DNA from: an uncultured delta proteobacterium
GTDB taxonomy: Bacteria; Myxococcota_A; Polyangia; Polyangiales; Polyangiaceae
Assembly (NCBI GenBank): GCA_963782055.1
Contig: CAWAIF010000003.1
Location: 2,368,001 to 2,432,000, forward strand
DNA length: 64,000 bases
Reading direction: 5' to 3'
Part shown: positions 20,979 to 29,978 of the stretch, piece after piece
Layout of the letters: each line of letters opens with the position of its first letter
How positions within the stretch are numbered: the stretch's first letter is position 1
The notes under the pieces: model-generated
The model's input: the letters and a program-made list of their open reading frames with translations, nothing else
What the model was told of the DNA's origin: nothing
Database searches by the model: none
Made by a program: the position numbers and the translations under genes

Positions 20979-21410
20979 ATGACACGCAAGCTCCCCATGG
21001 TCGCCCGCATCCTGCTGGGCCTCGCCTTCTTCGTGTTCGGCCTCAACGGCTTCCTGCACTTCCTGCCCAACCCGCCGCTGCCGGCGAAGGCGGGCGAGCT
21101 GCTGGGCGCCTTCGCCGCGTCGGGCTACCTGCTGACGCTGGTCAAGGCCACCGAGACGCTGTGCGGACTGCTCCTGCTGTCCAACCGCTTCGTGCCCCTG
21201 GCGCTCACGGTGCTCGCGCCCGTGCTCGTCAACATCATCGCCTTCCACGCGGCGCTCGCGCCGGCCGGCCTCGTGCTGCCGCTCGTCCTCGTCACGCTGG
21301 AGGTGTACCTGGCGTGGTCGTACCGTGACCTCTTCGCGCCGGTCCTCCGGCCGGTCGCGGCGCCGGTGCGCGGGCAGGACGCCCAGCCGGCGCGCCCCGC
21401 GACGGCGTGA
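20979..21410 (+). CDS. DoxX family membrane protein
   Basis: ARILLGLAFFVFGLNGF...RFVPLALTVLAPVLVNIIAFH; divergent from LysR; GAGGAG RBS. Confidence 0.88.
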   Translation: MTRKLPMVARILLGLAFFVFGLNGFLHFLPNPPLPAKAGELLGAFAASGYLLTLVKATETLCGLLLLSNRFVPLALTVLAPVLVNIIAFHAALAPAGLVLPLVLVTLEVYLAWSYRDLFAPVLRPVAAPVRGQDAQPARPATA

Positions 21411-21525
21411 GAGGGGCCCCCGCGTCCGAACCCCGGGCGCCGCGCGCTCCTCGTACGCGTGCCGCCCGGGCGCGCGTGCCATCTTTGGGGGGAGGCTCTC
21501 CCGTGCCATCACGTACTCTTGGCGC

Positions 21526-22593
21526 GTGGGCATCGACGACAATCCCTTCGACCGGGCACGCAAGGCCTCCCTGGTCCGCGCGGCCACCATCGCCGCCGGC
21601 ATCGTCCTCTTCGCCGGCGGCTCCTTCGCCGCGTATCGCTTGCTCCACAAGCCGGACTACTCGGAGCGGCTCGACGCGTACAAAGAGGAGTTCGGCGCCA
21701 TCGCCGACGCGGCGGAGGCCGTGCGCGGGCCCGTCGCCGGATCGACGAAGGACGTCGCGGGCAGGAAGTACCTGCTCGTCACGATGGGTGTCCCGTCGCA
21801 GGAGCTCGGCGACGAGAAGCTCGACGGGATGGCAGCGAAGGCCTCCGACGTCGGTCTGGTGATCAGCGGCGACACGACCCAGGACGCCTCCGACGCGGTC
21901 GTGTACACCGACGGCTCCCACGGGCACGGTGGCAAGACGACCTTCCGCGCCGTCGCGTGGCCGGAGAAGCGCCTCGTCGCCGAGCTGCACATGCGCTGTC
22001 TGGCGAGCCCCGTGAAGTACGCCTTCCGGGGCGACAAGAGCGAGCAGCCGTGTCTTTACGACGATGACGATCTGCGCGCCTTCATCGACGACGTGCGCGC
22101 GGGGAGGGTGCCCCGGCAGCACTCGAAGGATCCCGTCCTGGACGCCCAGTTCGCGCTGGACACGCGCTTCGCCGCGATGAGCGCGGACTTCGCGCACGTC
22201 GACGCGGCGAAGGCCCCGAAGGCGCCGCCGCCCGACGTGACGAAGGTGCTGGTGCTCGTGAAGGGCAAGCCGAGCCAGTCGCTCCTGCCGCCCCGCCTCG
22301 CGGCGCAGACGCCGGAGGAGGTCGACCTCGTCGTGCTCGTCACGACCCAGCCGGACGAGAAGCCGAGCACCCACTACGGGAATGGCGTGTACGGCTACGA
22401 CGGCGACGTGACCATGACCGCATTCACTCCGAAGAGGGAGCTCGTCGGGCAGTCGAAGACCCGGTGTCACGCGCCGGCGGATTCGTCCACGCTGCTCGGC
22501 ACCCGGCACTGCTCCGCGTCGCAGCAGGATCTCGAGGACTTCGTCGCCGCGCTGGGGACGCCGCCGGCGACCGACGCCGGCGCGGAACAGTGA
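21526..22593 (+). CDS. Membrane-anchored hypothetical protein with two tandem homologous domains
   Basis: N-terminal TM; internal duplication visible by eye; start codon uncertain. Confidence 0.65.
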   Translation: MGIDDNPFDRARKASLVRAATIAAGIVLFAGGSFAAYRLLHKPDYSERLDAYKEEFGAIADAAEAVRGPVAGSTKDVAGRKYLLVTMGVPSQELGDEKLDGMAAKASDVGLVISGDTTQDASDAVVYTDGSHGHGGKTTFRAVAWPEKRLVAELHMRCLASPVKYAFRGDKSEQPCLYDDDDLRAFIDDVRAGRVPRQHSKDPVLDAQFALDTRFAAMSADFAHVDAAKAPKAPPPDVTKVLVLVKGKPSQSLLPPRLAAQTPEEVDLVVLVTTQPDEKPSTHYGNGVYGYDGDVTMTAFTPKRELVGQSKTRCHAPADSSTLLGTRHCSASQQDLEDFVAALGTPPATDAGAEQ

Positions 22594-22606
22594 CGGGGCT
22601 CCCTCG

Positions 22607-23458
22607 TCAGAAGCGGCCGGCCCAGGTCAGCATGCCGCCGCCGGGCAGGGGGCTCACGTCGAGCGCGGCTGCGGGCACCTTCTCCTGGTGCTTGCCGGTG
22701 AGCAGGAGCCAGACCACGCCCGCCCCCACGCTCACCACGCCGACGCCCAGCATCGCCAGGCCCACGCCGAACGCCGCGCGAAGGGTGGCGACGTTGCCCT
22801 CGTCACAGGTGTGCGTCTTGCCGCATGTGTCCTGGTAGTCCTGGTAGCGCACCTGCGCGACCGTCTCCACGATGGCGAATCCCACGAGGCTCGCGGCGCC
22901 GACGCCGATCAGGATCCACGGCGCCGGTCCCGAACCTCCCGATGCGGTGCCCACGCCGGCAGGCGGAGGGGGCGCCGCCGGGCCGGCCTTCGACTGCACG
23001 ACCAGCACGCGATCCTTCTCCCCTTCGGCCACCAGCACGCTCTCCTCGATCACCTCCCCCGAGGGAAGCTCGTACTTGAATGCGTGCGGACCGGGATCGA
23101 TGGGGACGCTCGCGCCGTCGAGCTTGGTGAGGAAGGGATGACCGTCGACCGACACCTTCACGTTCACGATGTCGTGGCCCTCGGCATCGCGCGCGCGGAT
23201 GACCACCGTGGGCATCCCCCGCTCGACCTCGCCCAGCCACTTCGCGCAGTCCGAGCGAACGAAGGAGGGGCACGCGTCACGCACGCAGACGAGCAGCTGC
23301 TGGTGGGCCGCCTCCAGCTTCTTGTTGCGGCGGAGCTCCTGCGCCTGCTCGGCGGCGTTGATGCACTCGTCCTTGGTGTCGGCGATGGCGAGGGAAGGCA
23401 CCAGGACCGCCGCGCCGAGGGCGGAGACGAGGGCGACCCGGACGGGGAAGGTGATCAC
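22607..23458 (-). CDS. Secreted Cys-rich helical + PEGA-like protein with C-terminal membrane region
   Basis: DECINAAEQAQ...CVRDACPSFVRSDCAKW; PIDPGPH; ends TWAGRF; GTG overlaps the kinase stop. Confidence 0.82.
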   Translation of the reverse strand: MITFPVRVALVSALGAAVLVPSLAIADTKDECINAAEQAQELRRNKKLEAAHQQLLVCVRDACPSFVRSDCAKWLGEVERGMPTVVIRARDAEGHDIVNVKVSVDGHPFLTKLDGASVPIDPGPHAFKYELPSGEVIEESVLVAEGEKDRVLVVQSKAGPAAPPPPAGVGTASGGSGPAPWILIGVGAASLVGFAIVETVAQVRYQDYQDTCGKTHTCDEGNVATLRAAFGVGLAMLGVGVVSVGAGVVWLLLTGKHQEKVPAAALDVSPLPGGGMLTWAGRF

Positions 23459-24972
23459 ATGCACTCGCGCTTGTAGAGCTTGTCGCCGTTCGGGCCGATG
23501 CGGAAGGGCGGGTTGCAGTTGGGGGCGGGCGGCTTCGCCGTCCTGGTGGTCGTGAGCACCCTGGTCCTTTTCCTGGGGGCGGCGGTGGTCCGGGGAGGCG
23601 GTGTGGTGGCCGCCGAAGGCGCCACGCTCGCCGACGCGGTGGCGGTCGATGGCGTGGCCGCAGTCCCGGTCGCCACCACGGTCGAAGGCGCGGTCGCGGT
23701 CGAGCTCGATCCCGAGGCGCCTGCCGCGACGGGGGTCGACGATGGTCCTCCGCCCAGCGCCACCCCGAGCATGACCGCGCCCAGCAGCGCCGCGGCCCCG
23801 AGGCTCGCGAAGAGCACCACGCGCGTCCTGGACGTCCGGGACGGGTCCGGGCTCAGCGACTTGCTCGCCGCGACCGAGATGCTGGAGACCTGCGACGAGA
23901 CCCCGTCGGGGTTCGGCGGTGGCGCGGGGGCGAGGGGCGCGTCCGTCCCGGACGCCTCGAGGCCGGACATGATCTGGTTGAGGGCGGGCTGCTCCCCGGT
24001 GACGCTCTCCACCTCGGCCACGCGCTCCGCGCGCTGCGTGAGCGCCTCGCCGGCGATGCGCTGGACCCAGTCCCCGACATCGGACGCGAGCGCCGGGTGC
24101 AGCGTGCGCTCGAGCGCGATCGCCATCTCCCTGGCCGTCGCGAAGCGCTTCGCCTTGTCTCGCTGGAGGCCGCGCAGGACGAGGGCATCGAGCTCGGGCG
24201 AGATCCCCTGGCCGTGGACGCTGGGTGGGGGTACGGCGCCGGCGAGGATCTGCGAGAGCAACCCGCCCTCGTTGTCGGCCTTGAAGAGCTTGCGCCCCGC
24301 GAGCGCCTCCCACAGGCACACCGCGGCGGCGTAGATGTCGGTCTGTCGGTCGACGTGCTCGTTGCGAAGCTGCTCCGGCGACATGTACGGCAGCTTGCCC
24401 TTGATGCTGCCTTCTCGCGTGGTGTGGAAGCGCCCTGCGGCCTTGGCGACACCGAAGTCGAGCAGCTTGGTGACGCCGTCGCCGTTGACCAGGATGTTCT
24501 GGGGGGAGATGTCGCGGTGCACGATGCCGAGCGGCTCGCCCCGCTCCGTCTTGGCCTCGTGGGCGGCGTGCAGCCCGTGGAGGGCCCCGGCGATGATCGA
24601 CACGACGATGCTGGGCGGGATGCGCTCGTGGCTGCGCGTCGTCGCGCGGATGAGTCGGGCGAGCGTCTCGCCCTGCAGGAGCTCCATCACGAGGAACAGC
24701 TCGCCGTGAGTGGCGACGACGTCGAGTGTCTGGCACACGTTGGGGTGCTGGATGCGCGCCGCGAGCCGCGCCTCGTCCAGGAACATGGAGACGAACTCCG
24801 GGTCCTTGGCGAACTGCGGGTGGAGGCGCTTGATGGCGACGGTGCGGGCGAACCCGACGGGCCCCAGGAGCCTGCCGAGGTGCACCGTAGCCATGCCCCC
24901 CGAGGCAAGCTCTCCGTACAGTGCATACCGCCCGATGACGCGGACGGGGCTTCCGGCGGCTGGCGTCGTCAA
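23455..24972 (-). CDS. Hanks-type Ser/Thr protein kinase with TM and C-terminal Cys-loop motif
   Basis: LASGGMA, VAIKR, HRDISPQN, DFG, GKLPYMSPE; ends CNPPFRIGPNGDKLYKRECM. Confidence 0.95.
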   Translation of the reverse strand: MTTPAAGSPVRVIGRYALYGELASGGMATVHLGRLLGPVGFARTVAIKRLHPQFAKDPEFVSMFLDEARLAARIQHPNVCQTLDVVATHGELFLVMELLQGETLARLIRATTRSHERIPPSIVVSIIAGALHGLHAAHEAKTERGEPLGIVHRDISPQNILVNGDGVTKLLDFGVAKAAGRFHTTREGSIKGKLPYMSPEQLRNEHVDRQTDIYAAAVCLWEALAGRKLFKADNEGGLLSQILAGAVPPPSVHGQGISPELDALVLRGLQRDKAKRFATAREMAIALERTLHPALASDVGDWVQRIAGEALTQRAERVAEVESVTGEQPALNQIMSGLEASGTDAPLAPAPPPNPDGVSSQVSSISVAASKSLSPDPSRTSRTRVVLFASLGAAALLGAVMLGVALGGGPSSTPVAAGASGSSSTATAPSTVVATGTAATPSTATASASVAPSAATTPPPRTTAAPRKRTRVLTTTRTAKPPAPNCNPPFRIGPNGDKLYKRECM

Positions 24973-25090
24973 ATCCTCTCCAGGCTACCAGACGAATCGC
25001 TCCCGGTCCCGCAAGCCGTCGGGGCCTCGTGACCACATCATCCGACGTTTCGGGCACTGTCGTCCTCCCGGTCGCGGATCGACGGATGCC

Positions 25091-25260
25091 AAATCGGCGT
25101 TCGTGATCCTCGAACGCCGATCCTCGCGAGCAGAGCGAGCGCCGCGCGGGCTGGGGCCCCCGAAAAACCGCGCTCTTTGGGGCGGGGCGGCGCGAGCCGC
25201 CCCGTGAGACAAGACCTAAATCGGACGAGCGCGACTCCGAATCGCGCTCGTTCATTTAGA
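25091..25260 (-). repeat. Dispersed structured intergenic repeat, copy B (longer form with two hairpins)
   Basis: Matches 19841-19950; hairpins ATCGGCGTTCG-N7-CGAACGCCGAT and ACGAGCGCGA-N7-TCGCGCTCGT. Confidence 0.85.
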
Positions 25261-25269
25261 GTGGGTCCG

Positions 25270-26106
25270 ATGACCTCGGCGCGCACGGTGGCCGTCGCCT
25301 CGACGACGGTGATGCTCGGCACCCTGGTCTTGCGGTGCGCGCTCTTCCCTTCCACCGACGACCTCACCGGCGGCGGGCTGCCCGCCGGCGATGCGGGGGC
25401 GGGCGACGTACTCGACTCCGCCCTGCCCGACACCGGGGCACGCGACGCAGGCGACGCGGAGGCGGGCCGGTTCTGCGAAGGGCTCTCGCCACAGCCCCAG
25501 TTCTGCGACGACTTCGACGGCGCCCAGCTCGGCCTCTGGACGAGCACCGACTTCACCAACGGCTCGAGCGTCACGCGCGACGGCACCGACGTACGCTCGG
25601 CGCCGAACGCGCTCCTCACCGTGACCCCCGGTGGCGCCATCCAGCAGGCGCGCGTCGTCCTGAACGTCCCCGCCTTCAAGAAGCTGCACGTGGCGTACGA
25701 CGTCCGCATCGACGAGCGCGGGACCTACGCCGAGATCGGCTACGTGCGGGTGCAGGGCCCCGGCATCCAGAACCTCTACTACTTCCGCGCGGAGGCCCTC
25801 CCCACGGCGGTGGCCTTCGCGGCCGAGGCCTATCCCCCCGACGCCGGACTTCAGGTCCACGACGTGAGCCTCACCGGCGCCCCGACCTTCGAGAGCTGGA
25901 CGCACGTCGACCTCGACCTCGACCTCGCTCCGTCCCCGGGCCTCGTGACGATCCGCCTCGACGGGAACGTCGCGGCGACGCAGTCGCTCGAGTCCGGCCT
26001 GTACGTCCAGGGCGCGGGGCAGGTGGAGGTCGGCACCGGTTACACCGACTCGACCTCGACCGAGTTTCGCATCCGCTACGACAACGCGACGATCGACTGG
26101 AACTGA
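25270..26106 (+). CDS. Putative lipoprotein with beta-sandwich (concanavalin-like) domain
   Basis: Signal-like N-terminus with Cys, DAG-rich linker, FCDDFD and IRYDN motifs. Confidence 0.7.
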   Translation: MTSARTVAVASTTVMLGTLVLRCALFPSTDDLTGGGLPAGDAGAGDVLDSALPDTGARDAGDAEAGRFCEGLSPQPQFCDDFDGAQLGLWTSTDFTNGSSVTRDGTDVRSAPNALLTVTPGGAIQQARVVLNVPAFKKLHVAYDVRIDERGTYAEIGYVRVQGPGIQNLYYFRAEALPTAVAFAAEAYPPDAGLQVHDVSLTGAPTFESWTHVDLDLDLAPSPGLVTIRLDGNVAATQSLESGLYVQGAGQVEVGTGYTDSTSTEFRIRYDNATIDWN

Positions 26107-26142
26107 GCGGCGTCGCCGGAGTCTGCGGCGCCAGCCACGGCA

Positions 26143-26997
26143 TCAGCGCGAGCGCGCGGGCTTCCGGCTCGGAGACATGGGGTGGTCGGACGCCGCGGCG
26201 GAAGCTGACGTAGCCGTCGCGGCGGAGGCCGACGGCGAGGTCGAGCCCGCTTGCGAGGCGGAGGCCGCGGCGGCGGAGGAGTCACACCCCGACGGCGCGA
26301 GCTTGTCGACGTACCACCTGGCGCCTCGCTTGAAGCAGACGGATGTCTTCTTCTCGTCGTCGTTGTAGTGAAACTTGAAGTCCTCGAGCTCGGCGGCGTC
26401 GACAGACTGCGTGACCTTCCCCGGGCACTCGAACTTGTCGTAGGTGAAGCCGGAGGTTCCCTCGAAGCCGTTCTTCAGCGTGAACTGCTCCGCGAGCGCG
26501 CACGCGACACCGTGGTCGAGCGTCGCGTCCTCCGCCCTGGTTCCGATCTGCTTGTCCAGCGCCGCGATGCGCGCGTTCGCCTGGTCCTGCGACTGGCTCG
26601 CGTCGACGAAGGCGTACGTCACCGCGCCGATGGAGAGAATGCACGTGATGCTGCCGAGGACGAGCCCGGCGATCGCGGTCCCCGGCACGGCCATGCGGAG
26701 CGCCGCGGCGCGGGCGCGGGAGCGGAGCCCCTGCACGATGCTGACGACGCCGAGCGGGAGACAGCACAGGACCATGCCCGCGAGCGACCACCAGAGCGCC
26801 TGCCTGCCGAGGCTCGTCACCTGCATCTGCGCGACGCGCTGCTGCTGGTACGCCCAGACCTCCGCCACCCCCGCGCGCGCGCGCGCGGCCTGCTCCTGCT
26901 GCGCGAGCGTCTGCGCGCCGAGCGGCGTGGTGAATTGACAGTAGGGACACTCGAGCGCCGTGGGGTCGACGAGCGCGCCGCAGCGTTGACAGTTCAT
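26143..26997 (-). CDS. Zinc-ribbon membrane protein (DUF4190-like TM hairpin)
   Basis: CQRC...CPYC; LCCLPLGVVSIVQG...AIAGLVLG. Confidence 0.75.
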   Translation of the reverse strand: MNCQRCGALVDPTALECPYCQFTTPLGAQTLAQQEQAARARAGVAEVWAYQQQRVAQMQVTSLGRQALWWSLAGMVLCCLPLGVVSIVQGLRSRARAAALRMAVPGTAIAGLVLGSITCILSIGAVTYAFVDASQSQDQANARIAALDKQIGTRAEDATLDHGVACALAEQFTLKNGFEGTSGFTYDKFECPGKVTQSVDAAELEDFKFHYNDDEKKTSVCFKRGARWYVDKLAPSGCDSSAAAASASQAGSTSPSASAATATSASAAASDHPMSPSRKPARSR

Positions 26998-27102
26998 CGC
27001 GAGACCATCCTACGAGCATCTTGTCTTGGATGGACCCCCGGCAGCTCCCCGCCGGGACTCATTCTCGTCACGCCATGCTTCAGGTGCTCCGCGAGCCCGC
27101 GG

Positions 27103-28218
27103 TCAGCGGAGGATCTGCGAGTTGACGACGTTGGCGGGGCCCTTGGCGATGACGTAGAAGCCCGGAAGCCCTGGGGTCTCGAAGGTGCCCTTCGGGTTGT
27201 TCCGGGTGATCGAGTCGGTGATGGTGATCGAGCCTGTCTTGTTGTTGCTGACGAAGAAGACCGCGCTGCCGCCCTCGTTCGCCTTGTTGTCCTCGAGCAG
27301 GCTGCTGGTGATGTCGAGGACAATCTCGTTGCCGTCGTTGTAGATCGCGCCGCCGTTGCCGCCCTGCCCGGAGTTGGCGCCATGGCCCACGGCGGAGTTG
27401 TAGGAGAACACCGAGTTGATGATGTTCCACGAGACGCCGATGCTGCTCAGCGCTCCGCCGTTCGCGCACGAGTTGCCGAAGCCCTCCTTGCCGCCGAAGG
27501 TGCTACCCACGATCCACACCGGGCGGGCGGGGCCGGCGCCCGGAGCGACGAGGTAGTCCAGCTTGCGGATCGCGCCGCCGCCGAGGTCGGAGCCGAGGTC
27601 GTCGCACACGTTGTTGAAGAAGCGGCAGTGGACGACCTTGAGGCTCCCGCCCTGCGCGTAGATCGCGCCGCCGCCCGCGCCGTTGTTGTTCCCCTCCGGG
27701 ATGCCCTTCGCGCTGCCGTCGATGAAGGTGAGGTTCTGCACGACGAGCTGCACACCGGGGTTGGTGTTGCAGTCGCCCGGGCCCGGCGGATAGACCTGCG
27801 CCTTGTCGCACGTGGCCATGTACAGGATGCGGCTCGTCCCGCCGCCGCTCAGCGTGACCTTGTTGCCGCCGTCGATGACGAGCTTGGTGCCCTTGTCGTT
27901 GAAGACCTTGGCGGGGGAGGTCAGGACGATCGTCGCCGGGTCCGGCCCGCAGTCGAAGGTGATGACGCCGCCCTTGGCGACCGCCGCGACGAACGCGTCG
28001 GCGGTGCAGCTCTCCGGTGTGCCCGTCCCGACCACCGTCGTGGGCGAGGAGACGTCCTCGGCCTGACCCTCGGTGGGGACGGTCGCGTGGCCGTCGGACC
28101 ACCCGGCGGGCGGTCCGTCCTGCGGGTTGGTGGCCGGCCCGGGCGTGTCGCTCGAGTTGCTGCAGGCCGTGACGGCGGCGAGCGCGACCAACGCGAAGGA
28201 GAAGGATCGCAGTGCCAT
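27103..28218 (-). CDS. Lipoprotein with GGAI-type beta-helix repeats
   Basis: Lipobox VTAC; GGVITFDCG; GGGAIY, GGGAIR, NGGAL, NGGAIY, EGGSAV repeats. Confidence 0.8.
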   Translation of the reverse strand: MALRSFSFALVALAAVTACSNSSDTPGPATNPQDGPPAGWSDGHATVPTEGQAEDVSSPTTVVGTGTPESCTADAFVAAVAKGGVITFDCGPDPATIVLTSPAKVFNDKGTKLVIDGGNKVTLSGGGTSRILYMATCDKAQVYPPGPGDCNTNPGVQLVVQNLTFIDGSAKGIPEGNNNGAGGGAIYAQGGSLKVVHCRFFNNVCDDLGSDLGGGAIRKLDYLVAPGAGPARPVWIVGSTFGGKEGFGNSCANGGALSSIGVSWNIINSVFSYNSAVGHGANSGQGGNGGAIYNDGNEIVLDITSSLLEDNKANEGGSAVFFVSNNKTGSITITDSITRNNPKGTFETPGLPGFYVIAKGPANVVNSQILR

Positions 28219-28325
28219 CGTCTCAGCGTATCGCGCGGCGAGCGCGCGCCGCAACGGTCGGCGGTCCACCCACGCCCCCCCGAGCCAGCGTGCCAACCTT
28301 CTCGCCTTCGCCTAGGCTCCTGCCC

Positions 28326-28832
28326 ATGCCCGCCGAGACCGTCGAGAACGCGTGGTTCAAGGCGACCTTCCCCTCCGAGGTGGAGGTCCGCGAGAGCGAG
28401 CTCCCCTCGGTGCGGGGGACCGCCGTGGCCTACGAGGCGCAGGTGGAGCCCTTCGGCATCTTCGCGGTCGAGGTCACCAACATGCCGCTCGACGCCTTCA
28501 TCGCCGTCGGCGCGGGCAAGTGGCTGGCGATGGAGGGCGACCGCCTGGTGGAGGAGTTCAAGGACCGCTCGCCGCAGGTGACGCACGACGAGTCGCGCCA
28601 TCCCGTGCCCGGCCTCGAGGTGCGCGATCTGGTGTTCCGGTTCGAGTACCACGGGCCGTGCATGCGCTTCTGTCGCGTCGTCACGGTGCTCGCCGGCGAC
28701 GAGGGGCGGATCCTGCACGCGTCCGCCGTCGTCGACGCCTCGGAGGCCTCGAAGGACGCGGCGCGCGAGTTCCTCGCGGGGCTGGAGGTGGAGCCTCCCG
28801 AGCTCCCCACCAAGCTGCCGGAGCCGCCCTGA
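28326..28832 (+). CDS. Hypothetical protein
   Basis: 168 aa ORF with high-GC3 codon usage filling the gap between genes. Confidence 0.6.
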   Translation: MPAETVENAWFKATFPSEVEVRESELPSVRGTAVAYEAQVEPFGIFAVEVTNMPLDAFIAVGAGKWLAMEGDRLVEEFKDRSPQVTHDESRHPVPGLEVRDLVFRFEYHGPCMRFCRVVTVLAGDEGRILHASAVVDASEASKDAAREFLAGLEVEPPELPTKLPEPP

Positions 28833-28878
28833 AAGCCCGGCGTGGAATCCTCCGGCGCATCGCCGTAGCATCGGCCGC

Positions 28879-29820
28879 GTGGAAGGACCCGCCGTCGTGA
28901 CTCGCGAAGCGATCGCCGCGGCCGCCGCGGCCACCGGCCCGTACGTCCGCCGCACGCCGGTGATCGAGGTGCGCGGCGAGGACCTCGGCCTGCCCGGCGT
29001 GACGCTTCTCCTCAAGCTGGAGCTGCTGCAGCAGTCCGGCTCCTTCAAGGCGCGCGGCGCCTTCGCCAACCTCCTGCTGCGGCAGGTGCCGCCTGCGGGC
29101 GTCGTCGCGGCGTCGGGCGGCAACCACGGCGCGGCGGTGGCGTACGCGGCCCGCCGGCTGGGCATCCGCGCGCGGATCTACGTCCCGAACATCTCCACGC
29201 AGGCGAAGGTGGATCGCATCCGCGCGAGCGGTGCGGAGCTGGTGCTCGTCGGCGAGCGCTACGACGATGCGCTCGCGGCGAGCGAGGCGTGGGCGGCCGA
29301 GTCCGGCGCGATGCGCGTGCACGCCTTCGACCAGGACCAGACCATCGCCGGGGCGGGCACCCTCGCGATGGAGCTGGAGGATCAGGTCGGCGTGCCCGAC
29401 GCGGTGCTCGCGGCGGTGGGCGGCGGTGGCCTGATCGCCGGCATCGCCGCGTGGTTCGAGGATCGGACGCGCGTCGTCGGCGTGGAGCCGGAGCTCGCCC
29501 CCACGCTCGCTCGCGCCCTGGCGGCCGGCGAGCCGGTCGACGCGCCGGCTGGCGGCATCGCGGCCGACTCCCTCGCGCCGCGCCGCATCGGCGAACGCGT
29601 CTTCCCCATCGCCAGGCGTCACGTGCAGCCAGTGGTGGTGACCGACGAGGCGATCGCCGGCGCTCAGCGTCTGCTGTGGCAGACGCTGCGGATCGCGGCC
29701 GAGCCGGGTGGCGCGACGGCCCTGGCCGCCCTGCTCTCCGGGCGGTTCGCGCCGCCGCCGCGATCGCGCGTCGCCGTCGTGATCAGCGGCGGCAACACCT
29801 CCGCGGTGAGCTTGCCCTGA
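28879..29820 (+). CDS. Threonine/serine dehydratase (PLP fold II)
   Basis: KLELLQQSGSFKARGA, ASGGNHG, VGGGGL, ISGGN. Confidence 0.92.
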   Translation: MEGPAVVTREAIAAAAAATGPYVRRTPVIEVRGEDLGLPGVTLLLKLELLQQSGSFKARGAFANLLLRQVPPAGVVAASGGNHGAAVAYAARRLGIRARIYVPNISTQAKVDRIRASGAELVLVGERYDDALAASEAWAAESGAMRVHAFDQDQTIAGAGTLAMELEDQVGVPDAVLAAVGGGGLIAGIAAWFEDRTRVVGVEPELAPTLARALAAGEPVDAPAGGIAADSLAPRRIGERVFPIARRHVQPVVVTDEAIAGAQRLLWQTLRIAAEPGGATALAALLSGRFAPPPRSRVAVVISGGNTSAVSLP

Positions 29821-29882
29821 TCTCCCCGCCCGTCAGTCCGCCCAGGGTGGGAGGAGGCCGGACATCTACCTCAGCCGCGCAC

Positions 29883-29909
29883 CAAAATTCATCCTCCGGT
29901 TGAATTTTG
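29883..29909. promoter_or_regulatory. AT-rich perfect inverted repeat, candidate operator
   Basis: CAAAATTCA-N9-TGAATTTTG upstream of the VWA lipoprotein gene. Confidence 0.55.
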
Positions 29910-29978
29910 CATCCTGACTGTCGGCTCGCGGCACACAGTTACGTGACGGGCGGCAGGCCCGACGCGAGGAGGCTGGCG

